Positions 50,842 through 61,331 of a stretch of 64,000 nt of DNA are shown here, piece after piece; position 1 is the first letter of the stretch, and the number at the start of each line of letters is the position of its first letter. Made by a program: the position numbers and the translations under genes. Source of the DNA: Candidatus Eiseniibacteriota bacterium (GTDB lineage Bacteria > Eisenbacteria > RBG-16-71-46 > CAZAMP01); contig OZ245046.1 of NCBI GenBank assembly GCA_965224245.1, positions 576,001 to 640,000 on the forward strand, written 5' to 3'. Below the pieces are notes generated by a model. The model did not search any database, was not told the DNA's origin, and saw only the letters and a program-made list of their open reading frames with translations.

Positions 50842-53800
50842 GGTCGGGGTCGGGTCGCCGGTCCGCCGGCGGCGGTGTTCCGTACCCCCCTCCGCCCGGC
50901 GTCTCGACCACCAGGCGATCGCCGACCTCGGCGTCGAATCGTGCGGATCCGCCCAGCTCTTCGACACGCCCGTCTCGTCGAACGACGACGTTGCGGCCGG
51001 GGAGCCCGGGCGCGCCACCGGCCAGGCCGAACGGCGGAACGCGCCGCCGGCCAGAGAGGATGGCGGCCGTCATGGGCGCGCGAAACAGGATCCGCCGGAC
51101 GACACCGTCACCCCCTCGGTGGCGGCCCACCCCGCCGCTCCCGCGTCGGATCGAGAAGTCCTCCACGAGGACGGGGAAGCGGGTCTCCAGCACCTCGGGG
51201 TCGGTGATGCGCGAGTTCGTCATGTGCGTGTGCACGGCGTCGGCGCCGTCGAAGTCGGGACCGGCGCCCGATCCTCCGCAGATGGTCTCGTAGTACTGCC
51301 GGCGCTCGTCGCCGAACGTCACGTTGTTCATCGTGCCCTGCGATGCGCTCATCACGCCGAGCGCGCCCAGGAGCGCATCGGTCACGCACTGGGACGTCTC
51401 GACGTTGCCGGCGACCACGGCCGCCGGTGGCCGGGGGCTGAGCAGGGACGGCGTCGGAATCCGGATGTGAAGCGGCCGGAGGCATCCGGCGTTCAGGGGG
51501 ATGTCGGCGTCCACGAGCAGGCGGAACACGTACAGGACGGCCGCCTTGCACACCGCCGAGGGTGCGTTGACGTTCGTCGGCTGCTGCGCGGACGTTCCGG
51601 AGAAGTCGAGGGTCGCCGAGCGCGTGCGGGCGTCGATGGAGATGCTCACCGCGACCTCGGTGCCGTCGTCCATGGGATAGACGAAGCGCCCGTCGCGGAG
51701 CGACGCGACGGCGCGGCGCACGAGCTCCTCGGCGTTGTCCTGCACGTGTCCCATGTACGCCTGTACGACGTCGCGCCCGAAGTGGCGGGCCAGGGCACGG
51801 AGCTCCCGAGCCCCCGTCTCGTTCGCGGCGATCTGGGCCTTGAGGTCGGCGACGTTCTGGTCCGGGTTGCGTGCCGGATGGGTGCCCGAGCCCAGCAGCG
51901 ACAGGAGCTCGGGCTCGCGAAGACGCCCGTTCGCCACGAGGGTGAAGCACTCGATGCGGATCCCCTCGTCCTCGATCGTGCGGCTGTCCGGTGGCATCGA
52001 CCCCGGCGTCAGGCCACCGACATCGGCGTGATGTCCGCGGGATGCCACGTAGAAGAACGCGTCGCCGGTCTCGTCGTCGATCACCGGCGTGACCACCGTG
52101 ACGTCGGGTAAGTGCGTGCCCCCATCGTAGGGATCGTTCAGCATCACGACGTCCCGGGCCCCGACCTCGGTCCCGCGGCGTCGCCTGACGGCCTGGACGC
52201 TCTCTCCCATCGATCCCAGGTGCACCGGCATGTGGGGGGCGTTGGCGATCAGGTGCCCGCCGGCGTCGAACACCGCGCAGGAGAAATCGAGACGTTCCTT
52301 GATGTTCACCGAGTGTGCGGTGTTCGCCAGCGTGGCTCCCATCTGCTCGGCAATCGACATGAAGAGGGTGTTGAATACCTCCAGCATCACCGGGTCGACC
52401 GACGTTCCCACGGTGGGGCGGGGCCGCGGCCGGGTGCGCTCCATGCGGACCAGGTCGTGATCGGTCACGGTCGCGATCCAGCCCGGCTCGACGACCGTCG
52501 TGCTGTCGGACTCGGCGATGATGGCCGGACCCGCGACGCGATCACCGGGTGCGAGCGCGGCGCGGACGTGAAGCGGGGCGTCGTGCCTCCGTCCGTCCAC
52601 GAACATGCTCACGCGGGCGGCCGGTGGCGGTGCCTCTCGCTCGGGCGCGGTGGCGGTCCCGGACGTTCGCACCGGGTCCTCCGCATCAATCGACCGCCCG
52701 ATCATCTCGACGGACGCGGCCTCGACGACGACGGCCCGATCCGGCGCATGGAAGCCGAAGCGCTGTCTGTGCCGCTCCTCGAACGCCGCGCGGGCCGCGT
52801 CGGCCGACGCGTACGGGATCGGGATCGCCGAGTCGGTGCCCTCGTAGCGCAGATGCAGCCGGCGGATCGGGTCCATGCGATCGACCGGGACTCGCTGCCG
52901 CGACAGCTCGTGGCGACCTTCCGACTCGAGCTCGTGGAGCAGCGCCTCGATCCGGGACGACAGGTCGTCCTCGAGCCTCGCCTCGACCGCGCGCTCGCGA
53001 ACCACACGCACGTCGGCGAGTCCGATGCCGATCGCGGAGAGCACGCCCGCATCGGGGTGGACGAGCACCGTCTCGATACCGAGCGCATCGGCCACCAGGC
53101 ACGCGTGCTGCGGGCCGGCGCCTCCGAACGCGCACAGCGCGTAGGTGGTCACGTCGTGTCCGCGCTGGATGGAGACCTTCTTGATCGCGTTGGCCATGTT
53201 CTCGACCGCAATGGTGAGGCAGCCCCGGGCGACCTCCTCCGGGGTCGTGGCGCGGCCGGTCGCGGTGCGAACCTCGTCCGCGAGACGCCCGAACTTCTCG
53301 TGGACGACGTCCTCGTCGAGCGGCAGATCGGCGTTCGGACCGAAGACCGTGGGGAAGAACCCGGCGTGCATCCGGCCCAGCATCACGTTGCAGTCGGTGA
53401 CGGTCAGTGGGCCTCCGCGCCGGTAACACGCGGGACCGGGGTCGGCTCCGGCGGAGTCCGGTCCGACGCCGTGCCGCATCCCGTCGAAGTGCAGGATCGA
53501 GCCCCCTCCGGCGGCCACCGTCTGGATCCGGAGCATCGGCACGCGCAGCCGCACGCCGGCCAGCTCGGTCTCGCCGCTCCGTTCCAGCTCACCGGCGTAG
53601 TGGAACACGTCGGTGGACGTGCCGCCCATGTCGAAGCCGACGACGCGGTCGACCCCGGAGCGCCGGGCGTTCGCCACGACGGCGACCACACCGCCGGCCG
53701 GCCCCGAGAGGATGGCGTCCTTGCCGCGGAACCGATCGGCGTCGGCGAGCCCACCGTTCGACTGCATGAACATGAGACGCGTCCGCCCGACGTCCTCGCG

Positions 53801-54478
53801 GACGCGGTCCACGTACCGCCCGACCGCGGGTGAGAGGTACGCGTCGACGACGGTGGTGTCGCCGCGTCCGATCAGCTTCATCAACGGACTGACCTCGTGT
53901 GACGTCGAGACCTGGGTGAAGCCCACCGAACGCGCGACGTCGGCGGCGAGCGTCTCGTGATCCGGATACCGGTAGCCGTGCACGAACACGATCGCCACCG
54001 ACCGGAGGCCGGACGCGTGAGCGCCCCGGAGATCGTCTCGAAGGGCGTCCGCATCGAGCGGCGACAGCACGGCGCCCCCGGCGTCGATGCGCTCGCCGGC
54101 TTCCACGACGCGCGCGTACAGGGGCGACGGCAGGACGATGCGCCGGTCGAAGAGACGGGGCCGGTTCTGATACCCGATCCGGAGCGCGTCGGCGAACCCC
54201 CGCGTGATCACGAGCAGCGTGGGCTCGCCGCGCCGCTCCAGGAGCGCGTTGGTCGCGACCGTCGTGCCCATCTTGACCGCGTCGATCGCGTCGGTGGGAA
54301 GCGGATCGCGCGAACCGAGCCCGAGCAGTCGACGGATGCCCTCGAGCGCCGCGTCGGTGTAGCGGTCCGGGTTCTCGGACAGGAGCTTCATCGTGTGGAG
54401 CGACCCGTGCGGATCCCGGCCCACCACGTCGGTGAACGTGCCGCCGCGATCGATCCAGAACTGCCATCGGGGCTCCAT
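50825..54478 (-). CDS. ATP-dependent 5-oxoprolinase / hydantoinase A-B fusion
   Basis: [68 protein letters not shown]. Confidence 0.93.
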   Translation of the reverse strand: MEPRWQFWIDRGGTFTDVVGRDPHGSLHTMKLLSENPDRYTDAALEGIRRLLGLGSRDPLPTDAIDAVKMGTTVATNALLERRGEPTLLVITRGFADALRIGYQNRPRLFDRRIVLPSPLYARVVEAGERIDAGGAVLSPLDADALRDDLRGAHASGLRSVAIVFVHGYRYPDHETLAADVARSVGFTQVSTSHEVSPLMKLIGRGDTTVVDAYLSPAVGRYVDRVREDVGRTRLMFMQSNGGLADADRFRGKDAILSGPAGGVVAVVANARRSGVDRVVGFDMGGTSTDVFHYAGELERSGETELAGVRLRVPMLRIQTVAAGGGSILHFDGMRHGVGPDSAGADPGPACYRRGGPLTVTDCNVMLGRMHAGFFPTVFGPNADLPLDEDVVHEKFGRLADEVRTATGRATTPEEVARGCLTIAVENMANAIKKVSIQRGHDVTTYALCAFGGAGPQHACLVADALGIETVLVHPDAGVLSAIGIGLADVRVVRERAVEARLEDDLSSRIEALLHELESEGRHELSRQRVPVDRMDPIRRLHLRYEGTDSAIPIPYASADAARAAFEERHRQRFGFHAPDRAVVVEAASVEMIGRSIDAEDPVRTSGTATAPEREAPPPAARVSMFVDGRRHDAPLHVRAALAPGDRVAGPAIIAESDSTTVVEPGWIATVTDHDLVRMERTRPRPRPTVGTSVDPVMLEVFNTLFMSIAEQMGATLANTAHSVNIKERLDFSCAVFDAGGHLIANAPHMPVHLGSMGESVQAVRRRRGTEVGARDVVMLNDPYDGGTHLPDVTVVTPVIDDETGDAFFYVASRGHHADVGGLTPGSMPPDSRTIEDEGIRIECFTLVANGRLREPELLSLLGSGTHPARNPDQNVADLKAQIAANETGARELRALARHFGRDVVQAYMGHVQDNAEELVRRAVASLRDGRFVYPMDDGTEVAVSISIDARTRSATLDFSGTSAQQPTNVNAPSAVCKAAVLYVFRLLVDADIPLNAGCLRPLHIRIPTPSLLSPRPPAAVVAGNVETSQCVTDALLGALGVMSASQGTMNNVTFGDERRQYYETICGGSGAGPDFDGADAVHTHMTNSRITDPEVLETRFPVLVEDFSIRRGSGGVGRHRGGDGVVRRILFRAPMTAAILSGRRRVPPFGLAGGAPGLPGRNVVVRRDGRVEELGGSARFDAEVGDRLVVETPGGGGYGTPPPADRRPDPDLSRRR

Positions 54479-54540
54479 CGTTCTCGTCGCTCCGGTCTCG
54501 CGTGGGCCCTGACGCTATCACGGAGCCCGATCCGTTTCTC

Positions 54541-54575
54541 CGTGAACTCGTGATGAAATCGTGAGGCGTCCGTGA
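54541..54575. promoter_or_regulatory. CGTGA direct repeats, three at 11-bp spacing (OmpR/PhoB-type operator candidate)
   Basis: CGTGA at 54541, 54549, 54560 and 54571, upstream of TACAGT (54598-54603). Confidence 0.35.
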
Positions 54576-54662
54576 CGGAAGAACGCCGTGCCGTCCCTAC
54601 AGTTCATTCGGGTCGCCGGAAACGACTCCGGCGACGAACCCCTTCGAACGAGGAGATCCAGC

Positions 54663-55043
54663 ATGCGGAAGTCCATCATCCTGGCCGCCGTGGTCGCGAT
54701 CCTGGGCATGTTTGCCACGGCCGACGCAACCCCTCCCATGGGCCAGCTCTATTTCGAGGGCACGATCGTGCGGACGCTGGTGCCCCCGGCGGCCATGACC
54801 CAGCCGGGCACCGATCCCCTGTACGTGATCATGGGCGGTGCCTCCGGTCAGCTCCCGGTGGTCGGCACCGCTCCGGGCGACCCGGACTACCGCGGCGGGC
54901 AGTGGGCCTTTCACTCGGTCACGTGGAACGTCGAGCCGTATCTGCTCGTGTCCGAGGAAGCCGTCCATGACGCGGCGGGTGCGGGAGACGTGACGATCGT
55001 CCGGGTGTACGAGAACGACTTCAAGTGCCCGGTTCAGCCATAG
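54663..55043 (+). CDS. Small secreted protein of unknown function
   Basis: GAGGAG RBS; signal peptide; 'PGDPDYRGGQW' and C-terminal 'FKCPVQP'. Confidence 0.75.
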   Translation: MRKSIILAAVVAILGMFATADATPPMGQLYFEGTIVRTLVPPAAMTQPGTDPLYVIMGGASGQLPVVGTAPGDPDYRGGQWAFHSVTWNVEPYLLVSEEAVHDAAGAGDVTIVRVYENDFKCPVQP

Positions 55044-55126
55044 GCCCGAGATTCGAGACGTGACCGAGCGTGTCTCGGCCCGACGGTCGAGACGCCTCGG
55101 TCGATCCCCACGCCCGTACGGCAGGC

Positions 55127-57250
55127 TCAGCGTACGACCAGGATCGACGCCGTCCGGCTCTCGCGACCCGCGTCGAGCTGAAGGTAGTAGCGCCCCGATC
55201 CGAGCGGCTTGCCCGCCGCATCCGTGCCGTCCCATGAGATCGCGTGGGCGCGAGCCAGCTGGCGCTCGCCATCCACGAGCGTGCGCACGACGCGTCCGAA
55301 GACGTCGTACACGCGAAGCGTGACCCGGGCGTCCTCGAACAGCGAGTAGCGCACGCGCGACTCGGTGCGAAGGGGGTTGGGCAGCGCCTCGGCGAACGCG
55401 ACCACGGAGGTCACCGGGCTGTACGGCGAGATCGGGATGTACCGGAGGATGTTGCGCGTGGGGTCGAAGCGAACCTCGGTCGCCTCGCGGTCGGTGAGAC
55501 CCGTCGCGAGCACCTGGCGCGCGTTCGTGTCGACGACGATGCGGGTCGTGTCGCTGGCCGTGTCCACGATGTCGATCTGTACCGGCACGTCGAAGACCGA
55601 TCGCTGGGGCTGCTTCTGCTGAATCCGGATCGTGTAGCGGTACTGGGGGCCCTCGGGAGCCGACGTCCACGTCATCGCGAAGTCGGGACGGCCGACGGTG
55701 TAGAGCCACTGCTCGACGAAGTCGCGCAGCTCCACACCGGAGACGCCCTCGGCCAGATCGATGAACTCGTCGGTGGACGTGTTTCCCGCCACGCGAGAAC
55801 GCGCATGCTCGGACAGGACGTCGAAGAACGCAACCGTTCCGTCCGTCTCACCGAGGCTCGCGCGGAGCTTCCAGCGCAGCATGTGGAGCACCCAGGCGCC
55901 CTTTCGGTACGGCGTGGATCCGTACAGGGGATCGGGATCCCATATCGTGCCGAGGAAGCCGGAGTTGCGCGGCGGTGCGAACGCGTCGAACTCGCGCATC
56001 GTCTCCGCGTACGCGGAGTAGCCCCCGAGATGCTCCGCCCACAGCGCCTCGCAGTACGTGGCGAAGCCCTCGTTGAGCCACATGTCCCGCAGGTCGCGAA
56101 GCCCCACGGAGTCACCGAACCACTGGTGCGCGAGCTCGTGCACGAACACGTCCTCGCCCGGCGGATCGGACCCGTCGTCCGAGCCCTGCACGAAGCCGCC
56201 GCCCAGCGACACGCAGGTCTGGTGCTCCATCCCGCCCGACCAGGGGATCATGGCCATCGCGTACTTCTCGTCGCGAAACGGATAGGGTCCGAACAGCGAC
56301 GAGTAGTAGGTGATCGCCTCGGGGATCCGCCGGAAGTCGGACTCGGCGGCGGCCCGCTTCTCGGGGTACACGAAGTACGTGAGCGGGATCGTGACCGGGC
56401 CCTCGCCGGGAACGTCCAGGATCATCGTCTCCTCGAAGACGTCGTAGTCGGAGATGGCCAGGCAGACGAGGTAGGGCACGATGGGATGTCCGTGCGACCA
56501 GCGATACGTCGTGCGGGCGCCGGCCAGGGGCTCGGTGGCCACGAGCACGCCGTTGGAGGCCACGACCAGTGGATCGTCCACCGTGATCGCCAGATCGATC
56601 GTGGCCTTGTCCTCCAGCTGCTCCTTGCAGGGCCACCACGCGCCCGATCGGTCGGGCACGCTCAGCGTGAAGATGACCGGACCCAGCGTGCCATCCTCCT
56701 GGACGCCGTGCGTGGACCAGTTGAAGGGCGGGGTCGCGACCGAGCCCCCGATGATGGGCGGGGTGCCGAGGTAGTCCACGGTGACGGAGAACACCTCCCC
56801 GGCCGCGACCGGGGTCTCCAGCGTGATCGCGAGCGCGTCGTCACGATGATCGTGGCCCGCGACGCCGTGCGAGCCGCTGGTGACGGCCTCGAGTATGTAG
56901 GCGTCGGCCAGATCGAGGACGACCTCGGAGAAGTCGTCCTCGAGCGCCCGTGCCGTGATCGTGACCGCACCGTCGATGTCGGTGGTGCCCACGTCGAGGG
57001 TGAGGTCGTAGTGCTGGACGTCGTAGCCGCGATCGTCCGCCGGATCGGGTGCGCGGTACGCGCCGCCGAGGAGCCGCTTGGCGCGCGCGCAGGTCTCGGC
57101 GCCGGAGACCCGGAACGGTGAGTCCGACGACACGTCGGGCGCCCACGCACCGGCGGACGCGATCGCGAGGGCCGTCGCGAGGCCCAGCGGCCTGAAGGCG
57201 CGCGAGCCGGGACTCGACCGCGGTCGCGTCTCTGACGCAGGAATGCGCAT
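55127..57250 (-). CDS. M1 family aminopeptidase with a C-terminal FlgD-Ig domain
   Basis: YDVQHYDL, GGMEH, HELAHQWFG...WLNEGFATY, YRKGAWVLHMLR; C-terminus PNP...VYDVFGRVVRTL...WDGTD..G..L.SG.Y. Confidence 0.9.
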   Translation of the reverse strand: MRIPASETRPRSSPGSRAFRPLGLATALAIASAGAWAPDVSSDSPFRVSGAETCARAKRLLGGAYRAPDPADDRGYDVQHYDLTLDVGTTDIDGAVTITARALEDDFSEVVLDLADAYILEAVTSGSHGVAGHDHRDDALAITLETPVAAGEVFSVTVDYLGTPPIIGGSVATPPFNWSTHGVQEDGTLGPVIFTLSVPDRSGAWWPCKEQLEDKATIDLAITVDDPLVVASNGVLVATEPLAGARTTYRWSHGHPIVPYLVCLAISDYDVFEETMILDVPGEGPVTIPLTYFVYPEKRAAAESDFRRIPEAITYYSSLFGPYPFRDEKYAMAMIPWSGGMEHQTCVSLGGGFVQGSDDGSDPPGEDVFVHELAHQWFGDSVGLRDLRDMWLNEGFATYCEALWAEHLGGYSAYAETMREFDAFAPPRNSGFLGTIWDPDPLYGSTPYRKGAWVLHMLRWKLRASLGETDGTVAFFDVLSEHARSRVAGNTSTDEFIDLAEGVSGVELRDFVEQWLYTVGRPDFAMTWTSAPEGPQYRYTIRIQQKQPQRSVFDVPVQIDIVDTASDTTRIVVDTNARQVLATGLTDREATEVRFDPTRNILRYIPISPYSPVTSVVAFAEALPNPLRTESRVRYSLFEDARVTLRVYDVFGRVVRTLVDGERQLARAHAISWDGTDAAGKPLGSGRYYLQLDAGRESRTASILVVR

Positions 57251-57415
57251 GTGATCCTCTCGGCGTGGAGGTCGGCTCGGGGCCACGGGCATCGGACGTC
57301 CCTCGGATGCGCGCCACCGGGCCAGCGTCGTGCGCGCGTCGACGGATCGAGTCTACGCGCGTGCGCGAGCGGAGGTCAAACCACCGAGTCGTCCGGCTGG
57401 CCGGGAGGAGGCCGG

Positions 57416-58708
57416 CTAGCGTCGGAGCGAGGTCGCGATCGATGCGCCGACGGCCTGACGGGCGGGCACCACCGCGGCCAGCGCGCTCGCGAGCGGGGTC
57501 AGCGCGAGCGCGGCGCCGATCAACCAGAACGGGATTTGAAAGGACGGCGCGGTGCCGAGGATCGGCGTGAGCGGACCCGCCAGGAGCAAGGCACCGAGCC
57601 AGAGCACGATCGCGCCGATCGCGAGGGCGAACACCGCGCTGAGGAGCCCGGACAGCGAGGCCTCGGCGACCAGGATCCCGGCGAGCACGCCCTCGGACAT
57701 CCCCACCGCGCGAACGACGCCGAGCTCGTACTGCCGCTCGCGTACGACGAGATGCATCGTGTTCGCCATGTTCATCAGCGAGAGCGCGACCACGGCGATG
57801 CCCACCGCGGTCAGCATCAGGATGACGACGGTCACCGCCTGGCCGACCTGGCGTCCCAGGTACGCGTCCGGCGCCAGCTCCAGGCCCAGATCCGACGCCG
57901 CGGTCTCGATGGCCGTGAGGTCGCCGGGCTCGCGAGCCTCGATGATCGCCGCGTCGTAGCCACCTCCCAGATCCTCGTCGTCGGATTCGAAGCGCTCGGC
58001 GTAGTGACGCACGACGCCGAGCGGAACCCCGAGCGCGAGGGCATCGACCTTGTCGGAGAAGCCGCAGATGACGGCGGGGCGAATCTCGCGTCCGCTCTCG
58101 GTACCCCCGAGAAACGACGACCCCAGATCCAGCGAGAGCGTCTGGCCGATGATCGCGCCCTCGGTGAGCTGGGGCAGGCCGTTCGCGCGGGCGAAGCCGA
58201 CGTTGTACGCCTGGAGCACCTTTCGCGAGAGGAGAATCGGCACCGCGCCGGTGTCGCGCGCGGCGAACGTGTACGCGGGATCGGCCTCCCTGGCGACCCA
58301 GGCCGGGTCGACCCCCTGGAGCGGCGCGTCGGTGCCGTAGGTCGAGCCCAGGAGCTCGCCCTCGATCGAGACCGGAAAGTGTGCGTAGGCGATCGGATAA
58401 ACGGCCTCGACCTCGGGCATGTCCGCCAGGCGGTCCAGCGCCGCGGGGTCGAGCGCGCCGCCGCCCATCGCCGCGGACCGCCCGAGGCGGAGCACGCCCA
58501 CCTCCATCACGCGGGGCTGCACCTTGAGCTGGGTGATGGGTAGCGTACCCAGGAGGTCGGTCAGGAGGGTGTCGCGCAGTCCGAGCCCCGCCGCCACAAA
58601 GAGGACCACCAGGAGCACGCCCAGGCTCAGCCCGACGTTGGCCGCAATCAGACGGCGCCGCGTGCCGCGGTTCAGGAGCGCGAACAGCGTGACCAGGTTA
58701 CGACGCAT
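57416..58708 (-). CDS. FtsX/MacB-like ABC transporter permease
   Basis: N-terminal TM, periplasmic domain, 'V.ER..ELGV.RAVG', three C-terminal TMs ending PARQA. Confidence 0.85.
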   Translation of the reverse strand: MRRNLVTLFALLNRGTRRRLIAANVGLSLGVLLVVLFVAAGLGLRDTLLTDLLGTLPITQLKVQPRVMEVGVLRLGRSAAMGGGALDPAALDRLADMPEVEAVYPIAYAHFPVSIEGELLGSTYGTDAPLQGVDPAWVAREADPAYTFAARDTGAVPILLSRKVLQAYNVGFARANGLPQLTEGAIIGQTLSLDLGSSFLGGTESGREIRPAVICGFSDKVDALALGVPLGVVRHYAERFESDDEDLGGGYDAAIIEAREPGDLTAIETAASDLGLELAPDAYLGRQVGQAVTVVILMLTAVGIAVVALSLMNMANTMHLVVRERQYELGVVRAVGMSEGVLAGILVAEASLSGLLSAVFALAIGAIVLWLGALLLAGPLTPILGTAPSFQIPFWLIGAALALTPLASALAAVVPARQAVGASIATSLRR

Positions 58709-59381
58709 GCGCGATCCGTCCGTCCTCGAGCGTGAGCTGCCGGGCGGCGCGCGTGATCACGCGGCTGTCGTGCGTGGCGATCATCAGCGTGGCGCCGTCC
58801 GCTGCGCAGTAGGCCAGCAGCATGTCCGTGATGCGCCGGGCGTTCTCGTCGTCCAGGTTGCCGGTGGGCTCGTCCACGAGCACGAGGCCGGGCTTTCCCA
58901 CGAGCGATCGCGCCGTGGCGACCCGCTGGCGCTCGCCGCCGGAGAGTCGCTCCACGCGGGTGTCGGCCTTGTGGGCGAGCCCCATGGCATCGAGCAGCTC
59001 GGCCGCCCGGCCGCGTCTCGCGGCGGCCGGGACGTCGGACCGGAGGAGCAGCGGGATCATCACGTTCTCGCCGGCGGTGAGCCCGTGGATGAGGTTCGCG
59101 TCCTGAAACACGAAGCCGATGCTGTCGTTGCGAACACGCGCGCGCTCGGCCGGCGAACGGCTCCATACGGGCTCACCGTCGAGGAGCACACGACCGCGAA
59201 ACGCCGGCTCGAGCCCGCCGACGACGTTCAGGAGCGTCGTCTTCCCCGACCCGGAAGGGCCGACCAGCGCCACGAGCTCGCCTGCCCCGATGGAGGCCGA
59301 AACGCCACGGAGCACGTCCACCGTGCCGTCGGCGGTGGCCACGCTCACGGCCAGGTCGCTGACGTCGACGCGAACGCCCAT
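58698..59381 (-). CDS. LolD/MacB-like ABC transporter ATP-binding protein
   Basis: GPSGSGKTT, IGFVFQ, LSGGERQR, DEPTGNLD, ATHD. Confidence 0.92.
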   Translation of the reverse strand: MGVRVDVSDLAVSVATADGTVDVLRGVSASIGAGELVALVGPSGSGKTTLLNVVGGLEPAFRGRVLLDGEPVWSRSPAERARVRNDSIGFVFQDANLIHGLTAGENVMIPLLLRSDVPAAARRGRAAELLDAMGLAHKADTRVERLSGGERQRVATARSLVGKPGLVLVDEPTGNLDDENARRITDMLLAYCAADGATLMIATHDSRVITRAARQLTLEDGRIAHAS

Positions 59382-59392
59382 GGCACCGGTCC

Positions 59393-61054
59393 TCACGACT
59401 GGATGCCCGAGGCCGTGACGGCGTCGATCACCCGACCCCAGAAGTCGGGCGTGTCCGCGGCGAGACGCACGTGACCCTCGAAGCCCAGATCGGAGATCCG
59501 AGCCGTGATCGCGATCTCGTCGACGAGATCCGACGCCTCCTCGAGCGTGTCCCCGAGGGGCATCCCCTCGAGAAGGCCGGAGAGCGGGCCCACGATCGCG
59601 CCCAGGCGCGCCGTCGCCGAGAGGAGCGCGCCCGTCTCGATCGCCTGGCGCACGTGGGGATCGGTCACCGCGGGCACGAAGCTGGATCCGCCACGCACGA
59701 TGGAGGCAAAGCGATCCGCCGTCGTGGTCAGGATCGCCCGGTCGTCGAACACGCCGGTGCACAGCTGGATGAACGGCGGCAGCCCGAACGCATGGCACGG
59801 GATCCCCTCGATCTGGATCTCGTCGATGCCGGCGGTCGAGCCGAGGATCGGCAGGATGATCGGGTCGTCCCGGAGCGAGGTCACGAACGTGTCGAGCCGC
59901 TGCCGGAACGCGTCGGACTCGGCCACCTCGGCGAAGACGACGATGTCGGTCCCGGTCAGGCTCAGCTTGTTCACGAGGACGCCCGACCGGCCGTTCACGT
60001 CCCCCAGGAAGCCCTCGAAGGCCGTCCACAGGCGGACGCCGAGCTCCTCGTTCGCGGGATCGGCCGGCGTGTTCTCGGAGCCTCCGTCGAGCCAGGTGCG
60101 GATCGCGTCGCCGTTCGCGTTGGCCACGAACACGGCGATCGGGCGACCCGGGATGTCGGCGGTGATCGGCGGGGTGCTCCGGGGAGCGGCCACGATCGTC
60201 CGGACCGGATGGTCGGCCGGAAGCCGCGACCGGCCGTCGATCGCGATTCCGGTGGGGCTCGCGGTGAGCGCGATCACCACCCCCTCGTGCCGGCCCAGGG
60301 GGCCGGTCACGAACGGCAGCACCTCGGTGATCGTGTGGGGGAGCGCGTCGATGAGGGGCAGCGATCGAGCGCCGTCTCCCGAGCCCGGTGCGAACACGAC
60401 GACGTCGGGGGATCCCCCGAGCGCACCCCGGAGCTCGGCCAGGGCCACCGATCCCCCGGCGCTGGCGTCGGGTGTCCCGGTGATCAGTCGCTTGCAGAGC
60501 CCGAGCCGCACGTCACGCCGCGAGACGCCGGACACGACGACGAGGTGCCCCGCGTAGCTCAGGGTGGACGTCTGCGCGCGATCGGCGTCGTGGACCGGGA
60601 CGCCACGAACGACCTCGCCGGCGGTCAGCGTGGCCCCGCGGCGCGCCAGCCGGGCGCCGGTGGCCTCGCGCAGGGCCGTCACGTCGCCGGGCAGGACGAG
60701 TGCGGTGGCGCCCCTGGGCTCGCTCAGGAAGCCGACCACGATCGGCGCGTCGACGTCGAGCCCGGCGGCGCGCGCCGCGGCCAGATCGGACGGATCGAAT
60801 CCCAGCTGATCGGCGAACCCGCCGGTGAGCGGTGTCATGACCGCGCGATGATGGGCACGAAGGGAGTCCAGGTCGAGGTGGGTGTGAAGGGTCGCGAGGC
60901 TCTCGATCGAGACGATCGCATCGCAATCGGCGGGCAGCAGCTCGGATCCGTGCTCGACCGGACGATCCACCAGTGACGGGGCGCAGCCCGCCAGCGCGAC
61001 GGCGACCGTGCCGGCGAGGAGGCGAGCGATCGCCGGGGACGCGTGTGTTCTCAT
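59393..61054 (-). CDS. Large lipoprotein of unknown function (DUF3352-like)
   Basis: Lipobox VALAGC after a hydrophobic stretch; AGGAGG RBS; heads the ABC operon. Confidence 0.65.
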   Translation of the reverse strand: MRTHASPAIARLLAGTVAVALAGCAPSLVDRPVEHGSELLPADCDAIVSIESLATLHTHLDLDSLRAHHRAVMTPLTGGFADQLGFDPSDLAAARAAGLDVDAPIVVGFLSEPRGATALVLPGDVTALREATGARLARRGATLTAGEVVRGVPVHDADRAQTSTLSYAGHLVVVSGVSRRDVRLGLCKRLITGTPDASAGGSVALAELRGALGGSPDVVVFAPGSGDGARSLPLIDALPHTITEVLPFVTGPLGRHEGVVIALTASPTGIAIDGRSRLPADHPVRTIVAAPRSTPPITADIPGRPIAVFVANANGDAIRTWLDGGSENTPADPANEELGVRLWTAFEGFLGDVNGRSGVLVNKLSLTGTDIVVFAEVAESDAFRQRLDTFVTSLRDDPIILPILGSTAGIDEIQIEGIPCHAFGLPPFIQLCTGVFDDRAILTTTADRFASIVRGGSSFVPAVTDPHVRQAIETGALLSATARLGAIVGPLSGLLEGMPLGDTLEEASDLVDEIAITARISDLGFEGHVRLAADTPDFWGRVIDAVTASGIQS

Positions 61055-61280
61055 CGGGCCTCCTGAACGGGACGGGACGAGTCAGCGCACGCTCGCGCGC
61101 CGTGCGTGCAGGCGGCGCGCGCGCTCTCTCGCGGCCGGCATTCTATCAGCGCCCGTGCCCGCGGCAACCCGCCGAGTCGCCAAACCGGAGGGCGCACGTC
61201 GATCGTCCACCGAGAGACGTGCGGGCGCATCATTTTGTTACGCCGACCGGGCGACCCTGCGCCGGACGCGCCGTCGACCG

Positions 61281-61331
61281 CCACGTCCGAAAACGACGGT
61301 TGAGCGCCGAACGCTCTGCTATAACCGGGAC
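61281..61331 (+). promoter_or_regulatory. Extended -10 leaderless promoter and candidate Ada-binding site
   Basis: TGC-TATAAC (61317-61325), 6 nt before ATG 61332; upstream GTCCGAAAACGACG element. Confidence 0.5.

Noticed and set aside
50825-54478. Oxoprolinase/hydantoinase as the missing HyuA of the purine island
   Set aside because: It belongs to a different, ATP-dependent family, lies more than 11 kb away, and looks like a standard fused 5-oxoprolinase.
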